From contig CAYIXI010000003.1 of the NCBI GenBank assembly GCA_964367235.1, positions 4,560 through 68,559 on the forward strand: DNA of 64,000 bases, in the 5' to 3' direction. Source of the DNA: an uncultured Chitinophagaceae bacterium. GTDB taxonomy: Bacteria; Bacteroidota; Ignavibacteria; UBA10030; UBA8401. The notes beneath the pieces are model-generated. The model was given only the letters and a program-made list of their open reading frames with translations. It did not search any database and was not told where the DNA came from. Every line of letters starts with the position of its first letter. Within the stretch, counting starts at the first letter, position 1. A program made the translations under genes and the position numbers. Positions 58,594 to 64,000 of the stretch are shown here, piece by piece.

Positions 58594-59718
58594 TTAATTT
58601 TCCGGTACAAAATTTTTTACTTCCTCAACTATCACATCAACAATTTCACTCTCTTTAACTTTTTTTACCATTACACCTTTGCGATATAAAATCCCAACTC
58701 CTTTACCGGCGGCGATTCCAATATCAGCATCGCTTGCTTCTCCCGGACCATTTACAACGCAACCCAAGACAGCAATCTTGACTGGTTTTTTTATTCCTTC
58801 AAGTCTTTTTTCAAGTTCAGCCATAATTCCAAACAAATCGATTTCTAATCTTCCGCAAGTTGGGCAAGCAATAAGTTCAACATTGCGAGATGCCAAACCA
58901 AGCGAACGAAGAATTTCTTTTCCAACTTCAATTTCTTTATTCGGTTCATCAGTTAGCGAAACACGAATCGTGTCGCCAATTCCTTCTGCAAGTAGCGTAC
59001 CAATTCCAACCGAAGATTTTATCGTTCCAATTTTTGTTAGTCCAGCTTCGGTAACTCCCAAGTGAAGTGGAATATCAGTTCTGTGCGCAACCAATCGATA
59101 CGCTTCAATCATCAATCTTACATCGGTTGATTTTACCGAAATCACAACATCGCGAAAATTAAATTCGTCGCAAATTTCAACATGACGCATTGCACTTTCG
59201 TACAACGCCTCGGCAGTTGGGTAACCATGTTTTTCTAAAATATCATTTTCGAGCGAACCAGAATTAACCCCAATTCTTATCGGAATTCCTTTATCTTTTG
59301 CGGCATTCAAAACTTGATGGATTCTATCTTTCGAGCCAATGTTTCCGGGATTAATTCGAACTTTTGCAACATTTGCTTCGATTGCTTTGAGTGCAAAAAT
59401 ATGATTGAAGTGAATATCCGCAATAATCGGGATTGGTGATTGACGAACAATTTCCGCCATTGCTTCGGCCGCTTCTTTGTCGTTCACCGTTACACGAACA
59501 ATATCGCAACCAGCTTCGTGTGCATCAATAATTTGTTTTACAGTTCCCGCGACATCATCGGTTTTTGTTTTCGTCATTGTTTGAACAGAAATCGGCGCGC
59601 CGCCGCCAATTTTTACATTGCCAACAATAACTTGTCTAGTTTTTCTGCGCACACCAACTTTATATTCAAAACTATTTTGAATGTGTGGAGTTTGAATAAT
59701 TGGAAAAATATCTTTCAT
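58594..59718 (-). CDS. ispG: 4-hydroxy-3-methylbut-2-en-1-yl diphosphate synthase
   Basis: VQTMT, ADIHF, RINPGNIG, HLGVTEAG, CPTCGR, GCVVNGPGE. Confidence 0.98.
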   Translation of the reverse strand: MKDIFPIIQTPHIQNSFEYKVGVRRKTRQVIVGNVKIGGGAPISVQTMTKTKTDDVAGTVKQIIDAHEAGCDIVRVTVNDKEAAEAMAEIVRQSPIPIIADIHFNHIFALKAIEANVAKVRINPGNIGSKDRIHQVLNAAKDKGIPIRIGVNSGSLENDILEKHGYPTAEALYESAMRHVEICDEFNFRDVVISVKSTDVRLMIEAYRLVAHRTDIPLHLGVTEAGLTKIGTIKSSVGIGTLLAEGIGDTIRVSLTDEPNKEIEVGKEILRSLGLASRNVELIACPTCGRLEIDLFGIMAELEKRLEGIKKPVKIAVLGCVVNGPGEASDADIGIAAGKGVGILYRKGVMVKKVKESEIVDVIVEEVKNFVPEN

Positions 59719-59779
59719 TTTTTATCCTTGTCCGCCTTTTGCGGACTTAATTTTGCATCAATGTTCCAAAGGAATCCCT

Positions 59780-60691
59780 TTAGGACATTTTTTTACTTGC
59801 CTCAAATAAAAATCTTTTTTCTTCGGCGGTTAAACTTTGATAGCCGCCTTTTGAAATTTTATCGAGTATCTCATCAATTTTGATTTGATTATTTTCTTCT
59901 TCTTTTTTTGGTTCGATTTTTTCATCGTACACTTTTGCATCGCTTATATCTTTGTATACAAATGGATTTCGTTTCGGTTGCGATTTAAACATTGGCGAAC
60001 TAAAACTTGATGAACTAAACGGATTTCTAACACTTCCATCGAGCATCAACATCAATAAACCAACTGCCGCGCCACCGAGATGTGCGATGTGTGCAACATT
60101 ATCAACACTACCGACTGAAAATATTTCTGCAACAATATAATAGATGACAAAATATTTTGCTTTGATTGGAATTGGAATTAACATAAAGAAAATAAGTCTA
60201 TCGGGAAAAAGCAAACCGAATGCAATTAAAATTCCAAATACTGCGCCAGATGCACCAACAGTCGGACCAACTTGCGAAAACATCGGAGCGAAAAATAAAT
60301 TTGCAACAGCCGCGCCAACTCCGCATGTCAAATAAAAAATCATAAATTTTTTCGTCCCCCACATCTCTTCTAATTCCGAGCCAAACATCCAAAGTGGAAG
60401 CATGTTAAAAATTAAATGAATAATATCAGCATGCAAAAACATGTAGGTAAATAACTGCCAAATCTGGAATCCTCCTTCAAGCGGAAGAAGTGAGAATTGA
60501 TATTCCAAGTAATTGCCAAGCGGAAAATCACCAATTTTAAATTGACCTAAAAATCCTGCGCCAAAAAATATTACAACATTAGAAATTAATAATGCTTTAA
60601 TAGCTTGCGAAAAAAATCCAAACTTTCGGGGACGAAAAAAATTGCCGCCTTGACCACCTTGGCGGTCTTGTTGTGAAAAATAATTACTCAT
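59780..60691 (-). CDS. Rhomboid family intramembrane serine protease with C-terminal DUF6576-like tail
   Basis: TYMFLH, HLIFNM, GASG (Ser), AHLGG (His); [17 protein letters not shown] tail. Confidence 0.93.
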   Translation of the reverse strand: MSNYFSQQDRQGGQGGNFFRPRKFGFFSQAIKALLISNVVIFFGAGFLGQFKIGDFPLGNYLEYQFSLLPLEGGFQIWQLFTYMFLHADIIHLIFNMLPLWMFGSELEEMWGTKKFMIFYLTCGVGAAVANLFFAPMFSQVGPTVGASGAVFGILIAFGLLFPDRLIFFMLIPIPIKAKYFVIYYIVAEIFSVGSVDNVAHIAHLGGAAVGLLMLMLDGSVRNPFSSSSFSSPMFKSQPKRNPFVYKDISDAKVYDEKIEPKKEEENNQIKIDEILDKISKGGYQSLTAEEKRFLFEASKKMS

Positions 60692-60697
60692 AAAAAT

Positions 60698-61885
60698 TTA
60701 TATTTTGTCCGTGAGTGCATTGACGCCCGGTAAAATTTTCCCTTCCAAAAATTCAAGCGATGCGCCGCCACCAGTTGAAACATGCGAAACAGATTTTTCT
60801 AATCCTAATTGCGAAATTGCCGCCGCAGAATCTCCTCCACCAACAATTGTTGTTGCGCCAAGTTTTGTTGCTTCAACTAAATTTTGCGCAATCGCTTGAG
60901 TTCCTTTTGCAAAATTCGGCATTTCAAAAACTCCCATCGGTCCATTCCACACAATTGTTTTTGCGTTTAAAATAATTTCGGAGAATTTTTTTTCTGACGC
61001 TGGACCAATATCAAGCATTCGCCACGATTTTAAAATTTTATTTGCATCGGTGATTTGTTTATTTGCTTCGTTTGAAAAACCATCGGCGATGACACAATCA
61101 ATTGGTAAAAATATTTTTCCGTTTGATTTTTCTAAAATTGATTTTGCAAGTTCAATTTTATCTACTTCTAAAAGTGAATCGCCAATTTCAAAACCTTGCG
61201 CTTTAAAAAAAATACAAGCCATTGCGCCACCAATAATAAGCGCATCAACTTTTGGTAAAAGATTTTCGATTACATCAATTTTACCAGAAACTTTCGCTCC
61301 GCCAAGTATTGCAACAAATGGTCTCGTTGGTTTTGCAATTGCTTCGCCAAGATATTTTAATTCTTTTTGCATTAAATAACCTGCGACTGCCTCGTTTACA
61401 AATTTTGTAATTCCTTCGGTTGATGCATGAGCGCGATGTGCTGTGCCAAAAGCATCGTTCACATAAATATCGCAAAGGTTTGCAAGTTCGTTTGAAAAAT
61501 TTGAATCATTATTTTCTTCTTCAGCGTAAAAGCGAAGATTCTCAAGTAGCAAACAATCTCCTTCATTTAAGCCCATTACAGAAGATTTAACCTCATCGCC
61601 AATGCAATTATTTGCAAAATAAACTTTTTGATTTAAGAGCGAACTTAATTTTTCGGCTACAGGTTTTAAACTATATTTTGCGTTCGGTTTTCCTTTTGGT
61701 CTTCCCAAATGACTCATCAAAATTAATTTACCACCATCGTTTAAAATTTTTTTAATTGTTGGTAACGATTCAACAATTCTTGTGTCGTCAGTAATATTTA
61801 AATTTTCATCTTGCGGAACATTGAAGTCAACTCGAACTAAAACTTTTTTTCCTTTAAGTGAAATATCGTCAATCGTTTTTTTCAT
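60698..61885 (-). CDS. pgk: Phosphoglycerate kinase
   Basis: [43 protein letters not shown]. Confidence 0.98.
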   Translation of the reverse strand: MKKTIDDISLKGKKVLVRVDFNVPQDENLNITDDTRIVESLPTIKKILNDGGKLILMSHLGRPKGKPNAKYSLKPVAEKLSSLLNQKVYFANNCIGDEVKSSVMGLNEGDCLLLENLRFYAEEENNDSNFSNELANLCDIYVNDAFGTAHRAHASTEGITKFVNEAVAGYLMQKELKYLGEAIAKPTRPFVAILGGAKVSGKIDVIENLLPKVDALIIGGAMACIFFKAQGFEIGDSLLEVDKIELAKSILEKSNGKIFLPIDCVIADGFSNEANKQITDANKILKSWRMLDIGPASEKKFSEIILNAKTIVWNGPMGVFEMPNFAKGTQAIAQNLVEATKLGATTIVGGGDSAAAISQLGLEKSVSHVSTGGGASLEFLEGKILPGVNALTDKI

Positions 61886-61888
61886 TAA

Positions 61889-62606
61889 TTAATTTAAATT
61901 CAATTTAAAATTTATAATTGGCAAATTTATTGGTTTCAATAAATTTACATTCTTTGAAATCGCATTGGATAAAAAATAATTTTCTGGTGAGATTTTTAAA
62001 TCCCAATTTGAGGAATGATTTTTTTCTTGGATTGCGTTATTTCTACCGTAAAAATATCCTCCCCACATTCCAGCTGATGTGAAAAGCATGAAAACTTTAA
62101 ACTCATCAACTTGCATAGCCGCCGCCAATCCAAAACCTGCAAGCCCACCGGCATAAACCATTCTGCTTGTAAATCGTCCATCTTCGTATGTAAAATTATT
62201 TCCTTCGTTTTGCAATAAACCATAATACCAACCCAATGCACTTGATGCTAACATAATCCCTGCTACAAGTTGAACATCATCGGGCTCAATCACATTTAGA
62301 AGCGCGATTCCACTTCCAAGAGATGCAAAATGAAATTCATTCGCCATCATCATATCGCCCAAACTCATATTTCTATTTCCAATTAATTTTTCTCCCCAAT
62401 AATGAGATGATAAACTTGAAGCGAGTAAATTTGATATCTTTTTTATTAACTTTAATTTCACCAAACGAAGTTATTAAAGTTATCGTAGAATCAGTTTCAA
62501 CTTTTACGGCGCCAACAATTTTATTTCCATCTTTTGTTAAAAATGTTTTAACATCCTCTTGTGAAAAAAGAGAAATGGAAAACAGAAACAAAAAAATAAT
62601 TCTCAT
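61889..62606 (-). pseudogene. Frame-split gene for an exported or membrane hypothetical protein
   Basis: A signal-peptide ORF (62373-62606) overlaps by 92 nt, in another frame, a hydrophobic ORF (61889-62464) that lacks a convincing start. Confidence 0.6.
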
Positions 62607-62621
62607 AAAACGCCTTTCTAA

Positions 62622-63686
<1,065 letters not shown>

Positions 63687-63712
63687 TTATTGAAAAATAT
63701 AGTTTTATTTGA

Positions 63713-63741
63713 AATTTAGAAATAATTGCAGAAAAAAACAA
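63713..63741 (-). promoter_or_regulatory. Putative promoter for gap
   Basis: TTGTTT-N17-TAAATT on the minus strand, upstream of an AAGGAG SD. Confidence 0.45.
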
Positions 63742-63761
63742 GAAAAGTAAAACTACTAAAT

Positions 63762-64000
63762 TTAATTGCTGATATTATTCTGAGATTGTTGAAGGTTCAT
63801 TTTTTTTGAACCATAAAAAAGTAAAACAGCACCGATGAATGCAGAGATTGGACTAAGAAATAAAGTAAGCCGAATGCCTTCGCCATTTGGATAAATTTTA
63901 AATAATAAATCGTTCATGTATCCATAAACAAGAGGAGAAATTGCACTATTAAATAGTGTTACAAAAAAAATATAAACTCCCGATGCAAATGCAACAATTG
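63762..64000 (-). CDS. C-terminal part of a probable MFS transporter; 5' end beyond window
   Basis: Not in the ORF track. Manual translation: IVAFASGVYIFFVTLFNSAISPLVYGYMNDLLF...ISAFIGAVLLFYGSKKMNLQQSQNNISN*, consistent with the last TM helices. Confidence 0.65.
   Translation of the reverse strand, partial: IVAFASGVYIFFVTLFNSAISPLVYGYMNDLLFKIYPNGEGIRLTLFLSPISAFIGAVLLFYGSKKMNLQQSQNNISN

Noticed and set aside
62438-62445. A-AAA-AAG slippery heptamer as a programmed -1 frameshift joining the split gene
   Set aside because: The heptamer is in phase with the downstream frame, and joining needs a +1 shift, so the classic -1 mechanism does not fit.

Overview
AT-rich, densely packed core-chromosome segment, most likely from an Ignavibacteria-like member of the Bacteroidota/Chlorobi group. 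This is inferred from T9SS-type C-terminal sorting domains, the ileS-dksA-lspA-rluD and purH-mreBC synteny, and a GIHH-type IleRS2. About 58 CDSs are present, mostly housekeeping: serS, class II RNR nrdJ, nuoA-F, purN/purH, mreBC, ileS, ligA, murA, aroE/aroK/aroB, folD, ispG, pgk and gap. I found no tRNA, rRNA, CRISPR array or mobile element. The least ordinary parts are: (1) an operon holding two apparent pseudo-enzymes, a HisA lacking its general acid and one phosphate site, and an EEP-fold lipoprotein lacking most catalytic residues; (2) a surface-glycan locus with a YfhO-like GT-C, a flippase, four SAM methyltransferases and FdtA/FdtB but no N-acyltransferase; (3) an orphan PLP decarboxylase facing two secreted beta-propeller proteins, one with four periodically spaced His residues; (4) altered signature motifs in IleRS (GIHH) and NuoF (GRGGACFYTG); (5) an orphan three-cysteine LarE; (6) nuo and mre clusters that stop early; (7) a frame-split secreted or membrane protein gene between pgk and gap. 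All calls are from motif recognition by eye, and no database search was run.
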